This document shows positions 44,685 through 56,266 of a DNA stretch of 64,000 nt, one piece after another. The stretch lies in NCBI GenBank assembly GCA_965238225.1, contig OZ250183.1, forward strand, positions 704,001-768,000. The letters run 5' to 3'. Every line of letters begins with the position of its first letter. Position 1 is the first letter of the stretch. The notes beneath the pieces were generated by a model, which was not told the origin of the DNA, ran no database searches, and was given only the letters and a program-made list of their open reading frames with translations. The position numbers and the translations under genes were made by a program. This stretch comes from Gammaproteobacteria bacterium (GTDB lineage: Bacteria > Pseudomonadota > Gammaproteobacteria > Eutrophobiales > Eutrophobiaceae).

Positions 44685-46358
44685 ATGAACGAGAGTTTTG
44701 CTGAACTTTTTGAACAAAGTCAAATAGAGCGCAAAATGTGCCCAGGTTCCATCATCAGTGCTACGGTGGTTGCAATCACTCAAGATACTGTTGTTGTCAA
44801 CGCAAACCTTAAGTCCGAAGGAATCATTCCAATTTCACAATTCTTTAATGAGCAAGGTGAGGTTGAAGTAAGTATTGGGGATGAAGTAGATGTTTCTCTG
44901 GATGCAGTGGAAAATGGTTTTGGTGAAACAAAACTGTCACGAGAAAAGGCTAAACGTCTGATGGCATGGACAAGTTTGGAAAAGGCGCACGAAACAAACG
45001 AAATTGTTACGGGCATTATCTCTGAAAGAGTTAAAGGTGGTTTTACCGTTGATATAGACAAGGTTAAAGCATTTTTGCCTGGCTCGCTTATTGATGTACG
45101 TCCGGTAAACGACACCAGCTATCTCGAAGGGGAACTGTTGGAATTCAAGGTAATTAAAATTGACCAACGCAGAAACAATGTGGTTATTTCACGTCGTGCA
45201 GTTGTTGAAACAGAAAGCATAGTAGACCGTGCTGCATTACTTGAGTCTCTACAGGAAGGCGCAATCGTAAAGGGCGTAGTCAAAAATACTACGGATTATG
45301 GTGCATTTCTTGATTTGGGCGGCATTGATGGATTATTGCATATCACGGACATGGCGTGGAAAAGAGTTAAAAACCCAAGTGAGCTTGTGACCGTCGGTGA
45401 TGAAATTGATGTAAAAGTTCTGAAATTTGACAACGAACGTAACCGTGTTTCGCTTGGCCTCAAACAAATGGGCGATGATCCATGGGATGATTTGAACAAA
45501 CGTTACCTCAAGGGCACGCGCCTGCGTGGAAAGGTAACCAATCTTGCAGATTATGGTTGTTTTGTGGAGCTTGAAGAGGGTGTTGAAGGACTGGTTCATG
45601 TCTCTGAAATGGACTGGACAAACAAGAATGCACATCCATCAAAACTGGTGCAAATCGGCGAAGAAGTGGATATTGTTATTCTTGATATTGATGTTGAAAG
45701 ACGCCGTATATCGCTTGGCATGAGACAATGTCAACCCAACCCTTGGGAGCAGTTTTCTGCGACCAATAATAAGGGCGATAGAGTTTCTGGCACTATTAAG
45801 TCTATTACTGATTTTGGGATTTTCATCGGTCTTGATGGCGAGATTGATGGCTTGGTGCATCTTTCAGATATCACTTGGTCAGGTACTGGCGAAGAGATTA
45901 TTCATCAATATAGTAAAGGCGACGAACTGGAAACAGTCGTGCTCGCAGTAGATGCAGAAAGAGAACGTATCTCATTGGGTATCAAACAAATGGAAAAAGA
46001 CCCCTTTTCGAATTATGTTGCCGAAAACCCAAAAGGTACTGTCGTTAAGGGGGTTGCAGAAAGTGTAGAGATGAAAAGTGTAATCTTGACTCTGGCAAAA
46101 GGCGTTAATGGGTATATGCGAAATTCAGAAATTTCTGTAGATGAAAAGGTGGATGATGCACGTACCGCAGTTAAAGTTGGTGATGAGATAGAAGTTAAAA
46201 TTACTGCAATTGATCGTAAGAAACGTTCAATTAATGTATCTGTTAGAGCAAAAGAAACAGATGATGAAGCAGCTGCTGTGGAAGAATATGGTTCCAGCGC
46301 TAATGACTCAGGAAAGAGTACGCTAGGCGATTTACTGAAGGAGCATATCAGTAAATAA
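44685..46358 (+). CDS. rpsA: 30S ribosomal protein S1
   Basis: MNESFAELF start, six S1 repeats ([19 protein letters not shown] etc.). Confidence 0.98.
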   Translation: MNESFAELFEQSQIERKMCPGSIISATVVAITQDTVVVNANLKSEGIIPISQFFNEQGEVEVSIGDEVDVSLDAVENGFGETKLSREKAKRLMAWTSLEKAHETNEIVTGIISERVKGGFTVDIDKVKAFLPGSLIDVRPVNDTSYLEGELLEFKVIKIDQRRNNVVISRRAVVETESIVDRAALLESLQEGAIVKGVVKNTTDYGAFLDLGGIDGLLHITDMAWKRVKNPSELVTVGDEIDVKVLKFDNERNRVSLGLKQMGDDPWDDLNKRYLKGTRLRGKVTNLADYGCFVELEEGVEGLVHVSEMDWTNKNAHPSKLVQIGEEVDIVILDIDVERRRISLGMRQCQPNPWEQFSATNNKGDRVSGTIKSITDFGIFIGLDGEIDGLVHLSDITWSGTGEEIIHQYSKGDELETVVLAVDAERERISLGIKQMEKDPFSNYVAENPKGTVVKGVAESVEMKSVILTLAKGVNGYMRNSEISVDEKVDDARTAVKVGDEIEVKITAIDRKKRSINVSVRAKETDDEAAAVEEYGSSANDSGKSTLGDLLKEHISK

Positions 46359-46365
46359 CAAAAAA

Positions 46366-46406
46366 CTGCGTTTTCTACTATAGAAATAGGAACGCAAATT
46401 TTGTTT
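46366..46406 (+). terminator. Probable intrinsic terminator after rpsA
   Basis: TGCGTTTTCTA...TAGGAACGCA stem followed by ATTTTGTTT. Confidence 0.5.
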
Positions 46407-46485
46407 AATACATTGATATTATTAAGAGAGATGAAAGTTTCAGACAGTCATAAACTGTCCCGTACTGATATTTGAGATATGAATA

Positions 46486-46764
46486 ATGACAAAATCAGAA
46501 CTCATAGAATCGCTTGCTAAAAGACAAGCTCAATTAACCTATCGAGATGTCGAGTCGGCAGTGAAAATGATTCTAGAGCATATGGCTATGACACTTTCTA
46601 ATGGTGAAAGGATAGAAATTCGGGGCTTTGGTAGTTTTGCCTTGCATTATCGTCCACCACGCGTGGGTAGAAATCCTAAATCAGGCGAACCTGTGTCACT
46701 CCCGGCTAAATATGTACCTCATTTTAAACCAGGTAAAGAGTTGCGCGAAAGAGTCGACAATTAA
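46486..46764 (+). CDS. ihfB: Integration host factor beta
   Basis: [37 protein letters not shown]. Confidence 0.97.
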   Translation: MTKSELIESLAKRQAQLTYRDVESAVKMILEHMAMTLSNGERIEIRGFGSFALHYRPPRVGRNPKSGEPVSLPAKYVPHFKPGKELRERVDN

Positions 46765-46890
46765 GCCAATTCCTGAAGTTTAAAGACAGTATTTTTAATA
46801 TTCCGCGATAGTGGACTGTTGTATTCTAGCTATTCTCTGCTTATTGTTGTCATTCTAGTTTAATATACTGACATAAAGGAAGAGAACAAT

Positions 46891-47196
46891 ATGTCTCAGT
46901 CAATTAAAAAATATTTTTCTATTACTTTTTTCTTGTTGATATTTATTATATCAATGGCATTTTTTTTGAAGAATGATCAGACGATCACTGTTCATTATCT
47001 CATTGATAGTCAAGAATTTTCTCTTTCATTGTGTTTATTCATTTCTTTGGGTATTGGCACATTGTTAGGTATTTTGGCATGGCTACCGAAAGTATTGAGT
47101 TTGAAATATAGAATCAGGAAACTTGAGAAACAGGCAAAATTTACCGAGAAGGAACTTAATAATCTCAGGGTTATGCCGATGCAGGATAAGCTTTAA
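46891..47196 (+). CDS. lapA: Lipopolysaccharide assembly protein A
   Basis: Two TM helices plus coiled tail (KELNNLR), between ihfB and lapB. Confidence 0.8.
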   Translation: MSQSIKKYFSITFFLLIFIISMAFFLKNDQTITVHYLIDSQEFSLSLCLFISLGIGTLLGILAWLPKVLSLKYRIRKLEKQAKFTEKELNNLRVMPMQDKL

Positions 47197-47908
47197 TGGG
47201 AAGTAGTTGGATGACAATAATTTGGTTACTGCCCGTTGCCAGGATTAGCGGATGGTTGTACGGCAGGTATTGCCATACTGTACCAAATAATTCTAGTCCA
47301 AGTGGATTATATCCTGAATATTTTAAAGGTTTAAATTACGTTCTAAACGAGCAGCCAGATCAGGCGATTGAAGTCTTTATCAAGATGCTGGAAGTAGATA
47401 ATGAAACTGTGGAAACACATCTTGCCTTGGGAAATCTGTTCCGGCATCGTGGTGAAGTTGACCGTGCGATTCGCATCCATCAAAACCTGATAGCTAGACC
47501 TAAATTGAGCCGGGCGCAACGAACATCAGCAATGTTTGAGCTTGGTATGGATTACATGAAATCTGGGTTGCTGGATCATGCCGAAAATTTATTTTGCGAA
47601 CTGGTGGAAACTGAATTATATCCAGTCCCTGCACTTACTGAATTACTGGATATTTATCAACAGGAAAAAGATTGGGAAAATGCAATCAGGACAGCTCGTC
47701 GACTGGAATTATATTCACCCAAACCTTTGAATAAAGTTATTGCTCAATTTTATTGCCAGAAGGCAAGTGCATTACGAAGCCATGGAGAGAGAAAAACGGG
47801 CGCGTGCGTTGCTGAGAAAAACAATTTATGTTGATCAAGTGGTTTTGATGCCATATCTGTAAAAACTGGAATACTGTAAAGTCTATCTAGGATATATAAG
47901 GAGAGTAG
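47196..47908 (+). pseudogene. lapB: Lipopolysaccharide assembly protein B, truncated (212-aa ORF plus decayed C-terminal remnant)
   Basis: YFKGLNYVLNEQPDQAI, HLALGNLFR.RGEVDRAIRIHQNL, IYQQEKDW. ORF stops at 47834. Out-of-frame W F * C H I C K N W N T V K S I * D I * G E * (47840-47908) matches the LapB C-terminus. Confidence 0.85.
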
Positions 47909-47911
47909 AAG

Positions 47912-48613
47912 TTGAGTCACTCACGTATTATTGTACCTCTGGATTTTAATACTGCTGAGCAAACTCTGGAACTTGTTGAAAAATTGCGATCTGATTTATG
48001 CCGATTAAAAATAGGCAAAGAATTATTCACGAAAACAGGCCCAGACCTTGTCGACAAATTAATTAACAAAGGTTTTGATGTATTCCTTGATCTTAAATTT
48101 CATGATATCCCTACAACGGTAGCAAAGGCATGTGCAGTTGCTGCAGATTTGGGTGTATGGATGGTTGATATACATGCAAGCGGTGGGTCTGAAATGATGT
48201 CGCTTGCCAAAGAGGCAATCGAAAAAAAATCACATCGTCCATTGTTGGTTGGTGTGACCATACTCACCAGTATAAATCAAGAAGGATTAAGAGAGCTTGG
48301 CATGCAATGTTCCATTGAAGAGCAGGTAATGCGACTTGCACAGTTAGCATTTAATGCTGGTCTTGATGGGGTTGTATGTTCTGCATATGAAGTAAAGATG
48401 TTACGAGAAAACTTAAGCAAGGAATTTAAATTGGTAACACCTGGTATTCGCCCGCATGGTTCAAATAAGGATGATCAGAAACGTGTCATGACACCACAGC
48501 AGGCTACCAATGCTGGCAGTGACTATCTGGTTATAGGAAGACCTATTACGCAATCAGCAGACCCAGGTCAGGCGTTAAGAGACATTAGCAAAGAAATTAG
48601 TGTCGCAAAATAG
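47912..48613 (+). CDS. pyrF: Orotidine-5'-phosphate decarboxylase
   Basis: FLDLKFHDIP.TV, VTPGIR, DDQKR, VIGRPI. Confidence 0.96.
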   Translation: MSHSRIIVPLDFNTAEQTLELVEKLRSDLCRLKIGKELFTKTGPDLVDKLINKGFDVFLDLKFHDIPTTVAKACAVAADLGVWMVDIHASGGSEMMSLAKEAIEKKSHRPLLVGVTILTSINQEGLRELGMQCSIEEQVMRLAQLAFNAGLDGVVCSAYEVKMLRENLSKEFKLVTPGIRPHGSNKDDQKRVMTPQQATNAGSDYLVIGRPITQSADPGQALRDISKEISVAK

Positions 48614-48619
48614 CCTTTA

Positions 48620-51600
48620 ATGCTAAATAACAATCGTGCAAATGCATTCTGGCCTGAATGCTCATTCAAAACGGGTGAAAAGAGTTTTTGGGGCAGACTC
48701 TACGGTAGCGCTAAGGCATTAGCTATTAGTCAGTTAGCAAGTCAAGCAGAAGCTCTTGTCATTATCATGACGGCAGACTCACTTACAGCAAGTAGATTGA
48801 CGGAAGAAATTCGTTTTTATATTGACGATAGTAAAATCAATAATCTACTATCTTTTCCCGATTGGGAGACATTGCCTTACGATTTAATTTCGCCCTATCA
48901 AGATATTATCTCGGCAAGGCTGGCGACGTTGACTATCTTGCCAACTTTAAAAAAGGGCATTCTGGTTGTGCCAGTTACGACACTAATGCATCGTCTGATG
49001 CCTAGAGAATTTTTATTATCACATAGCTTGATTTTGAAAAACGGACAACAACTTAATGTTGAAGCATTCAGAAAACAGCTAAATGAAAGTGGCTATACAT
49101 TGAGTACGCAAGTCATCGAGCATAGCGATATGGCAATTCGTGGTTCCTTAATTGATTTATATCCTATGGGAGCAGACAAACCTTATCGGATAGATCTTTT
49201 GGGTGATGAGGTAGACAGTATTCGGACATTCGACCCTGAAACCCAACGCTCACTAAATAAGGTCGAGGAAATCAAAATATTACCAGCCAGAGAAGTGGCA
49301 TTGGTTGACGAAGGAATCGCTCTCTTTAGATCAGCTTGGCGTTCTCAGTTTGAAGGCAACCCAAATCAATCGCCTGTTTATCGGGATGTCAGTCAAGGAC
49401 TTGCGCCTGCCGGTATTGAATATTATTTGCCATTATTTTACGAACAAACCAACACTTTGTTTGATTATGTACATAATGATTGCATTGTTGTCTTTGATGA
49501 AGATGCTATCGATGCTGCTGAATTATTCTGGCAAGACATTAAAGCGCGTTATGAGCAAATACGACATGATATAGAGCATCCAGTATTGTCGCCAAATGAC
49601 ATGTTTCTTAATCCCTCTGATTTGTTAAATAGAACTAAAATTTATCACCAGATACACATCTCTCACAGGGAGCAGCAGGATCGATCTGGAACCAGTAACT
49701 ACGACACAACTCTACCAGTAAGCTTGATGATTGATGCTCGCTCAGCAGACCCATTGTCGCTATTCAGACGATTTATAAGTAATTTTGACGGAAGAATACT
49801 ACTGGTTGCAGAATCAACAGGTAGAAGAGAAACCCTGTTAGATTTATTACGGCAAAATGACATCAGGCCTGTGCAGCAGGATGACTGGTTTGAGTTTATA
49901 CAAGGGCAAGAGCGCTTGGGTTTAACTGTTGCACCTTTGGAACAAGGCGCTCAATTGGAACAGCCTAAAATTGCCGTTATAAGTGAAGGGCAATTGTTTG
50001 GCGAACGTGTGATGCAGCGTCGTTTGCGTAAACGTAAGCAGCAGGACTCAGAAAATATTATTCGCAACCTGACGGAGTTAGCTCTGGGGGCACCAGTAGT
50101 TCATGAAGAGCATGGTGTTGGCCGTTATCAAGGATTGATCGTTTTGGACATGGGAGGCATTCCTGCCGAATTTATTTTTATCGAATATGCTGAAGGTGAC
50201 AAACTCTACGTGCCAATTTCTGCACTTGATTTGATCAGTCGTTTTACTGGAGTAGATCCAGAATATGCACCATTACATCACTTAGGCAGTGGACAATGGG
50301 GAAAAGCCAAACGCAAGGCTGCCAAACGTGTATATGATGTTGCCGCTGAATTACTGGAATTGCATGCACAACGTGCAGCTCGCTCTGGGTTTAATTTTGA
50401 GATTGACGAAAATGCTTACCGTGCTTTTGTACAAACATTTCCTTTCGAAGAAACACCAGGGCAAATGGATGCAATAATGGCAGTGCTTGATGATATGGCT
50501 CAATCGAAACCTATGGATCGTTTAGTCTGTGGCGATGCAGGTTTCGGTAAAACAGAAGTGGCTATGCGCGCTTCATTTATTGCAGTACAAAATGACAAAC
50601 AAGTTGCTATTCTCGTACCAACAACATTATTGGCACAGCAACATTTTCAAAATTTTAAAGACAGGTTTGCAGACTGGCCTGTACGTATTGAATTATTATC
50701 TAGATTTCGCACAGGCAAGGGACAAAATAAGGCGCTAAAAGGAATTGAAGATGGCACTGTTGATATTGTCATTGGTACGCATAAATTGATTAATGGCAAT
50801 ATAGAATTTTTTCGTTTGGGTTTGTTAGTCATAGACGAAGAACATCGTTTTGGTGTTAGGCAAAAGGAAAAGTTTAAGGCCATCCGAGCAGAAATTGATG
50901 TACTGACGCTTACGGCAACCCCCATTCCACGAACATTAAATATGGCGCTCGCCGACTTACGTGAATTTTCAATCATTGCGACACCACCATCAAAAAGATT
51001 ATCAGTTAAAACTTTTGTGCGTGAATGGAATGATGCTCTGTTAAAAGAAGCGCTACTACGTGAAATAAAACGTGGCGGTCAGGTATATGTGTTACATAAC
51101 AAAATTGCAACCATAGAAAAAATGACTAGGCAGATAGAGTCGCTACTGCCAGAGGCATCAGTGAGGTGGGCGCACGGTCAAATGCCAGAGAAAGAACTTG
51201 AGCGAGTGATGTTGGATTTCTATCACAGACGTTTTAATGTTCTGGTTTGTACCACTATTATTGAAACAGGCATTGATGTGCCGAGCGCCAATACTATTAT
51301 CATTAATCGTGCAGATAGATTTGGGCTTGCGCAACTCTATCAGTTAAGGGGCAGGGTTGGGCGTTCACATCACAGAGCCTATGCCTATTTAATTGTGCCA
51401 GAAAGAAAACAGATGACGGCAGATGCGATAAAAAGACTGGAAGCAATAGAGGCTCTGGATGAATTAGGTGTTGGATTCACATTGGCGACGCATGATCTTG
51501 AAATTCGCGGAGCAGGAGAGATTTTGGGTGAAGACCAAAGCGGGCAAATCCAAGCAATAGGTTATGGTTTTTATATGAACCTGCTTGACCGCGCAGTGAC

Positions 51601-52096
51601 AGCGTTGAAATTGGGCAAGCAACCTGAGCTTGATAGGCCGCTAGATCATGGTGTTGAGATTAATCTGCATATTCCAGCATTAATCCCGGAAGATTATTTG
51701 CCTGATGTGCATATGCGACTCATTATGTATAAACGAATTGCGAGTATCGATAATAAAGAAGCATTAAAAGAACTTCAGGTCGAGATGATAGATCGTTTTG
51801 GTTTGTTGCCTGATTTTGCCAAAAATCTTTTCCAGATTGCAGAACTAAAATTATTAGTCAATCCGTTTGGTATTCGTAAGATAGATTTGGGTCCTCATGG
51901 AGGGAGGTTACAATTTAACGAAAATAATAATGTCAATCCAATGAAAATCATCGCATTAATAGACGCGAATCCATTTACTTACAAACTGGATGGGCAGGAT
52001 AAATTACGAATTAACGAAGAGTTGCCGGAACCTGATGATAGGTTCACAATATTAAGCAATCTTATTGTAGATATTTCAAACGAGAGTAGCGCATAG
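48620..52096 (+). CDS. mfd: Transcription-repair coupling factor
   Basis: FPDWETLPYD, CarD-like VVHEEHGVGRY, GDAGFGKT, DEEHRFG, QLRGRVGR, HDLEIRG. Confidence 0.97.
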   Translation: MLNNNRANAFWPECSFKTGEKSFWGRLYGSAKALAISQLASQAEALVIIMTADSLTASRLTEEIRFYIDDSKINNLLSFPDWETLPYDLISPYQDIISARLATLTILPTLKKGILVVPVTTLMHRLMPREFLLSHSLILKNGQQLNVEAFRKQLNESGYTLSTQVIEHSDMAIRGSLIDLYPMGADKPYRIDLLGDEVDSIRTFDPETQRSLNKVEEIKILPAREVALVDEGIALFRSAWRSQFEGNPNQSPVYRDVSQGLAPAGIEYYLPLFYEQTNTLFDYVHNDCIVVFDEDAIDAAELFWQDIKARYEQIRHDIEHPVLSPNDMFLNPSDLLNRTKIYHQIHISHREQQDRSGTSNYDTTLPVSLMIDARSADPLSLFRRFISNFDGRILLVAESTGRRETLLDLLRQNDIRPVQQDDWFEFIQGQERLGLTVAPLEQGAQLEQPKIAVISEGQLFGERVMQRRLRKRKQQDSENIIRNLTELALGAPVVHEEHGVGRYQGLIVLDMGGIPAEFIFIEYAEGDKLYVPISALDLISRFTGVDPEYAPLHHLGSGQWGKAKRKAAKRVYDVAAELLELHAQRAARSGFNFEIDENAYRAFVQTFPFEETPGQMDAIMAVLDDMAQSKPMDRLVCGDAGFGKTEVAMRASFIAVQNDKQVAILVPTTLLAQQHFQNFKDRFADWPVRIELLSRFRTGKGQNKALKGIEDGTVDIVIGTHKLINGNIEFFRLGLLVIDEEHRFGVRQKEKFKAIRAEIDVLTLTATPIPRTLNMALADLREFSIIATPPSKRLSVKTFVREWNDALLKEALLREIKRGGQVYVLHNKIATIEKMTRQIESLLPEASVRWAHGQMPEKELERVMLDFYHRRFNVLVCTTIIETGIDVPSANTIIINRADRFGLAQLYQLRGRVGRSHHRAYAYLIVPERKQMTADAIKRLEAIEALDELGVGFTLATHDLEIRGAGEILGEDQSGQIQAIGYGFYMNLLDRAVTALKLGKQPELDRPLDHGVEINLHIPALIPEDYLPDVHMRLIMYKRIASIDNKEALKELQVEMIDRFGLLPDFAKNLFQIAELKLLVNPFGIRKIDLGPHGGRLQFNENNNVNPMKIIALIDANPFTYKLDGQDKLRINEELPEPDDRFTILSNLIVDISNESSA

Positions 52097-52100
52097 TCAA

Positions 52101-52742
52101 ATGAAAATATTACTATTTGGTTGCCTGTTTTTGCTATTTAGTAATTCGGTATATGCTAGAGGGTATCAAGTAGAAATGGTCGTATTCGAACATCTGATGG
52201 CTGACACCAGCGATGAGCTCTGGAATACAGGCATTATGCCAGACTATCGTAATACCACAGAGCTTATCGCCGCAGTCGATGGCTCCAGTGCGTTTAAGAT
52301 GTTGCCCGCAAGTAGCTACAAACTTAATAAGGTAAAGAGAGCTCTTGAGTTATCCGGCCGCTATCGCCCCATATATCATATTGCTTGGCAACAGCCAGAG
52401 TTAACAAAATCTAGAGCAAAGAAAGTCCTTATTAAAGATCCAAAGACAAAGATAAAAGGTACAGTAATTTTAAGAGGCGGGCGCTTACTGCATTTAGATT
52501 TGGATATTTCCTATTTTATTGATCTATTTACTGAATCAGTCATTTCATTTGCACAAGAAAATGTATTCGAAGAGAATGAAAATCCAGATAAAACCAAGGA
52601 AGATAAATCCAGCGTAGAACTTGCTGTACGCGGAACCTATGCAGAAATGAAAGAAACTCGAAGAATCAAACTGAATGAATTGCATTATTTTGATCATCCA
52701 TTGTTTGGGTTGGTTATACGGGTGACACGGCTAGCAGTATAA
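52101..52742 (+). CDS. CsiV family peptidoglycan-binding protein
   Basis: Signal peptide, YQVEMVVF, H.AWQQP, ETRRIKLNELHYFDHPLFG. Usual position after mfd. Confidence 0.85.
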   Translation: MKILLFGCLFLLFSNSVYARGYQVEMVVFEHLMADTSDELWNTGIMPDYRNTTELIAAVDGSSAFKMLPASSYKLNKVKRALELSGRYRPIYHIAWQQPELTKSRAKKVLIKDPKTKIKGTVILRGGRLLHLDLDISYFIDLFTESVISFAQENVFEENENPDKTKEDKSSVELAVRGTYAEMKETRRIKLNELHYFDHPLFGLVIRVTRLAV

Positions 52743-52772
52743 GAGTAGAAATATACGTCTATTCTTAATTCT

Positions 52773-53516
52773 TTAGCTTATTAGCTTTATCGTTTCTTCA
52801 AGAATTATATTTATTTTTTCCATTCCATTTGCAAGATTATTTTCGATAATTTCCATGGTGATTGCATTATCTGATTTACCCGCTGCCCAATTAACGACAA
52901 GCGCAAGGCAGGCATAATTAATATTCAGTTCTCGGGCAAGGGCAGCCTCTGGCATTCCAGTCATGCCGACTATATCACAACCATCTTTTTCTAATTTTTT
53001 TATCTCTGCCTCAGTTTCCAACCGAGGACCTTGTGTGGCGGCATAAACACCGCCAATAAACACATTTAAATCTGAAATAACCTGACTGCTTATTAGCTGT
53101 TTTCTTAAGGTAATACTGTATGGATTGGTAAAATCAATATGCGTGACTTTATCCAGATTATCTTCAAAAAATGTATATTTTCTATCATAGGTATAATCAA
53201 TAATTTGACTGGGGATGACAATTCTTTCTGGATGCATTTTTGATGTGATGCCACCGACAGCATTAACGGCGATGATATTTTTCACGCCATTTTCCTTGAG
53301 TGCATAAATATTAGCGCGATAATTTATCTTATGCGGCGGTATGCTGTGTAGATTGCCGTGTCTCGGTAAAAAGATGATATCCTTATCCTTAAAACCCCCA
53401 AAGATTAAAGCATTCGAAGGATTGCCGTAGGGGGTATCGACCGCTTCCGTCTTAGAGACCTCGATACCTGCAAGTGAAGTGAGCCCCATGCCACCAACAA
53501 TAGCTATTTTGTTCAT
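52773..53516 (-). CDS. S-methyl-5'-thioinosine/MTA phosphorylase
   Basis: TPYG.PS, RHG..H.IPPHKINYRAN, TQGPRLET, VGMTGMPEA, VVNWAAG (Asn typical of the MTI/6-oxopurine type). Start ATG 53516. Confidence 0.88.
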   Translation of the reverse strand: MNKIAIVGGMGLTSLAGIEVSKTEAVDTPYGNPSNALIFGGFKDKDIIFLPRHGNLHSIPPHKINYRANIYALKENGVKNIIAVNAVGGITSKMHPERIVIPSQIIDYTYDRKYTFFEDNLDKVTHIDFTNPYSITLRKQLISSQVISDLNVFIGGVYAATQGPRLETEAEIKKLEKDGCDIVGMTGMPEAALARELNINYACLALVVNWAAGKSDNAITMEIIENNLANGMEKINIILEETIKLIS

Positions 53517-54062
53517 AAACCCTTTACCGCATATATGCCCGGCGCATTGCGCAAGTATTCTTTGTAATCCATGCTGCAACCAGAGACATAGCAGTCTGGA
53601 ACTGTGATGCCAGTGAAATCAGCCTTTTTAAAAATACGCGCTCTATTTATTTGTTTATCTACCAGTACGGCAGTCTGAATTGTTTTAGCCTGTTCACTTT
53701 TGTATTGTTCAACCACAGTCGTTAATGTTTTTCCTTATGTCAAGAATATCATCGACTATTAATATGCGCCTATCTTGCAGGGAAGTAGTCGGTTTTTTAA
53801 TCCAGCGCATTGTGCCACCATTTGTTTTCCCTTGATAGCGAGTAGCATGAATATATTCTATTTGTAACGGGAAATCTAAAAGAGGAATTAATTTTCCTGT
53901 GGTGATAAGACCGCCCGTCATAATACAAAGAATAAGCAGATTTTTATCCTCAAGCACTTGGGTGATTTCCTTAGACATTTTTTGAATCGCCACTTCAACA
54001 TCTACAGATGAGTAAATCAAATCCACTTCTGCTTGAATACGTATGATTTCACCTAGGCTCAT
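53513..54062 (-). pseudogene. hpt: Hypoxanthine-guanine phosphoribosyltransferase, frameshifted
   Basis: HATRY, PRPP loop ILIVDDILDI, then an extra base near 53735, continuing GKTLTTVVEQ...AVLVDK...MDYKEYLRNAPGIYAV. Confidence 0.85.
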
Positions 54063-54382
54063 AGCAGATTTGTAGCGTTTTACTTAAAATCAGGCTTTTT
54101 CTCATAGTGTTCTTTAGTCAATTTAATAAGAATAATCAGACTATTAGATCTATAACTTGAGTCATAAGCTTAATATTGAAAAAATGCATTAAGACCAGTT
54201 ATTTGCTACCCTGCCATTCCCTTTGGGAATGAACGGACGATTCTGGCAGACGATACTTGTATGAAAGATACATAAAATAGTCGTTAGGAACAATGTCAAT
54301 CAACAGGATATATCAATGTAAAGATTTTCCAATTAAAGATTGGATAGAAACATAATCATTCTTACAAACGAGAGGAACGAAC

Positions 54383-55636
54383 ATGTTTAGAGAAGATATG
54401 AAAGTTGCGGGTTTTGATGAAGAACTTTGGGAGGCGATGAATGCTGAATGCGTACGTCAGGAAGAGCACATTGAATTGATTGCATCGGAGAATATGACAA
54501 GTCCGCGTGTAATGGAATGCCAAGGCTCTTCTTTAACAAACAAATATGCTGAAGGTTATCCAGGCAAACGCTATTACGGCGGTTGTGAATATGTTGACGT
54601 TGCAGAGCAATTAGCAGTTACCCGTGCTAAAGAACTGTTTGGTGCAGATTGGGTGAATGTACAACCGCATTCCGGCTCACAGGCTAACGGTGCTGTTTTT
54701 TTGGCATTAATAAACCCGGGTGACAAAATCATGGGCATGAGTCTTGCGCACGGGGGTCATTTGACGCACGGTGCGGCAGTGAATGTTTCGGGTCGTAACT
54801 ATGATGCTGTTCAGTATGGCCTAGATGACAAAGGCTATATTGATTATAAGCAAGCCGAAGAACTAGCTTTGGAACACAAGCCAAAATTAATAGTTACAGG
54901 CTTTTCTGCATATTCAAGAATTGTAGATTGGCAACATTTCCGTGAGATTTCTGACAAGGTTGGTGCGATAATGATGGCTGATATTGCTCATGTTGCCGGT
55001 CTTATTGCCACAGATGAGTACCCAAGTCCTGTGCAGATTGCTGATGTAACAACCTCAACAACACATAAAACATTACGTGGTCCGCGTTCAGGTATTATCA
55101 TGGGCAAAGCCAATGATGATGTTGAGAAAAAGATAAATTTTATGGTGTTCCCTGCTTATCAGGGCGGCCCGCACATGCACACCATCGCTGGAAAAGCTGT
55201 TGCCTTTAAAGAATGCTTGGAACCCGGTTTTAAAACTTATATTCAGCAGGTTAAAAAGAATGCAGTCGCTATGGTTGACACCTTCTTTGAGCGTGGCTTG
55301 AAAATTGTTTCTGGCGGCACAGATAACCATATGTTTTTGGTAGATATGATCGAAAAAGGACTAACGGGCAAGGATGTTGATGCCGCAATAGGGCGCGCCA
55401 ATATTACCTGTAACAAAAATTCGGTTCCAAACGATCCGCAGTCGCCATTTGTAACTAGTGGTATCCGTATTGGCACACCATCTGTTACAACACGCGGTTT
55501 TGATGAAGCAAATTGCAAACAGGCTGCTAATTGGATTTGTGACATTATGGATAACATGGGCGATGATTCAGTTATTGAGCGTGTAAAGAATGATGTCCTA
55601 GCTCTTTGCAAGAGCAAGCCGCTTTACAATAATTGA
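54383..55636 (+). CDS. glyA: Serine hydroxymethyltransferase
   Basis: [42 protein letters not shown]. Confidence 0.98.
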   Translation: MFREDMKVAGFDEELWEAMNAECVRQEEHIELIASENMTSPRVMECQGSSLTNKYAEGYPGKRYYGGCEYVDVAEQLAVTRAKELFGADWVNVQPHSGSQANGAVFLALINPGDKIMGMSLAHGGHLTHGAAVNVSGRNYDAVQYGLDDKGYIDYKQAEELALEHKPKLIVTGFSAYSRIVDWQHFREISDKVGAIMMADIAHVAGLIATDEYPSPVQIADVTTSTTHKTLRGPRSGIIMGKANDDVEKKINFMVFPAYQGGPHMHTIAGKAVAFKECLEPGFKTYIQQVKKNAVAMVDTFFERGLKIVSGGTDNHMFLVDMIEKGLTGKDVDAAIGRANITCNKNSVPNDPQSPFVTSGIRIGTPSVTTRGFDEANCKQAANWICDIMDNMGDDSVIERVKNDVLALCKSKPLYNN

Positions 55637-55753
55637 TTTGTTAAATATGTAGTTCTGGTTTTTAGGGAGATCGTTGTGCGATCCCCTGCGTCGTTAGGAA
55701 AGAATTACTTGAAAATGCAATTCATCAATCAGCTAAAAAAGGAAGGTGAGTGA

Positions 55754-56266
55754 ATGCAATGTCCATTTTGTTCTGATATGGATACGCGCGTTATTGATTC
55801 TCGCTTAACTGGCGCAAGCGATCAAATTCGTCGCCGTCGTAAATGCACAAAGTGCAAAGAACGTTTTACGACTTATGAATCTGCAGAATTGAATTTACCT
55901 AGAATCCTGAAATCGGATGGTCGACGTGAATCCTTCGATGAGAGTAAGCTTCGTAGCGGTATTCTGCGTGCTATTGAGAAACGTCCTGTAGCAATGGAAA
56001 AAGTTGAGGTGGCTATTTCACAAATTAAACATACGCTCAGGACTGAAGGTGAACGGGAAGTCAAATCACGCAAACTGGGAAACTGGGTGATGGAACAGTT
56101 ACGAAAACTTGATAAAGTTGCCTATGTACGTTTTGCATCAGTCTACAGGAATTTCGAAGATGTACGTGCATTTTTAGAAGAGATAGAGCGTTTGGATAAT
56201 GATTTGCCTCCGGAAATAAAAGACGGTCAGCTTGATTTATTAGAATCTAACGGTGAAGAGAGTTGA
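55754..56266 (+). CDS. nrdR: Transcriptional repressor NrdR
   Basis: [29 protein letters not shown]. Confidence 0.97.
   Translation: MQCPFCSDMDTRVIDSRLTGASDQIRRRRKCTKCKERFTTYESAELNLPRILKSDGRRESFDESKLRSGILRAIEKRPVAMEKVEVAISQIKHTLRTEGEREVKSRKLGNWVMEQLRKLDKVAYVRFASVYRNFEDVRAFLEEIERLDNDLPPEIKDGQLDLLESNGEES

Noticed and set aside
55664-55688. Hairpin GGGAGATCG-TTGTG-CGATCCCC after glyA as an intrinsic terminator
   Set aside because: The stem is plausible but no U-tract follows on the + strand, so it is not called as a terminator.
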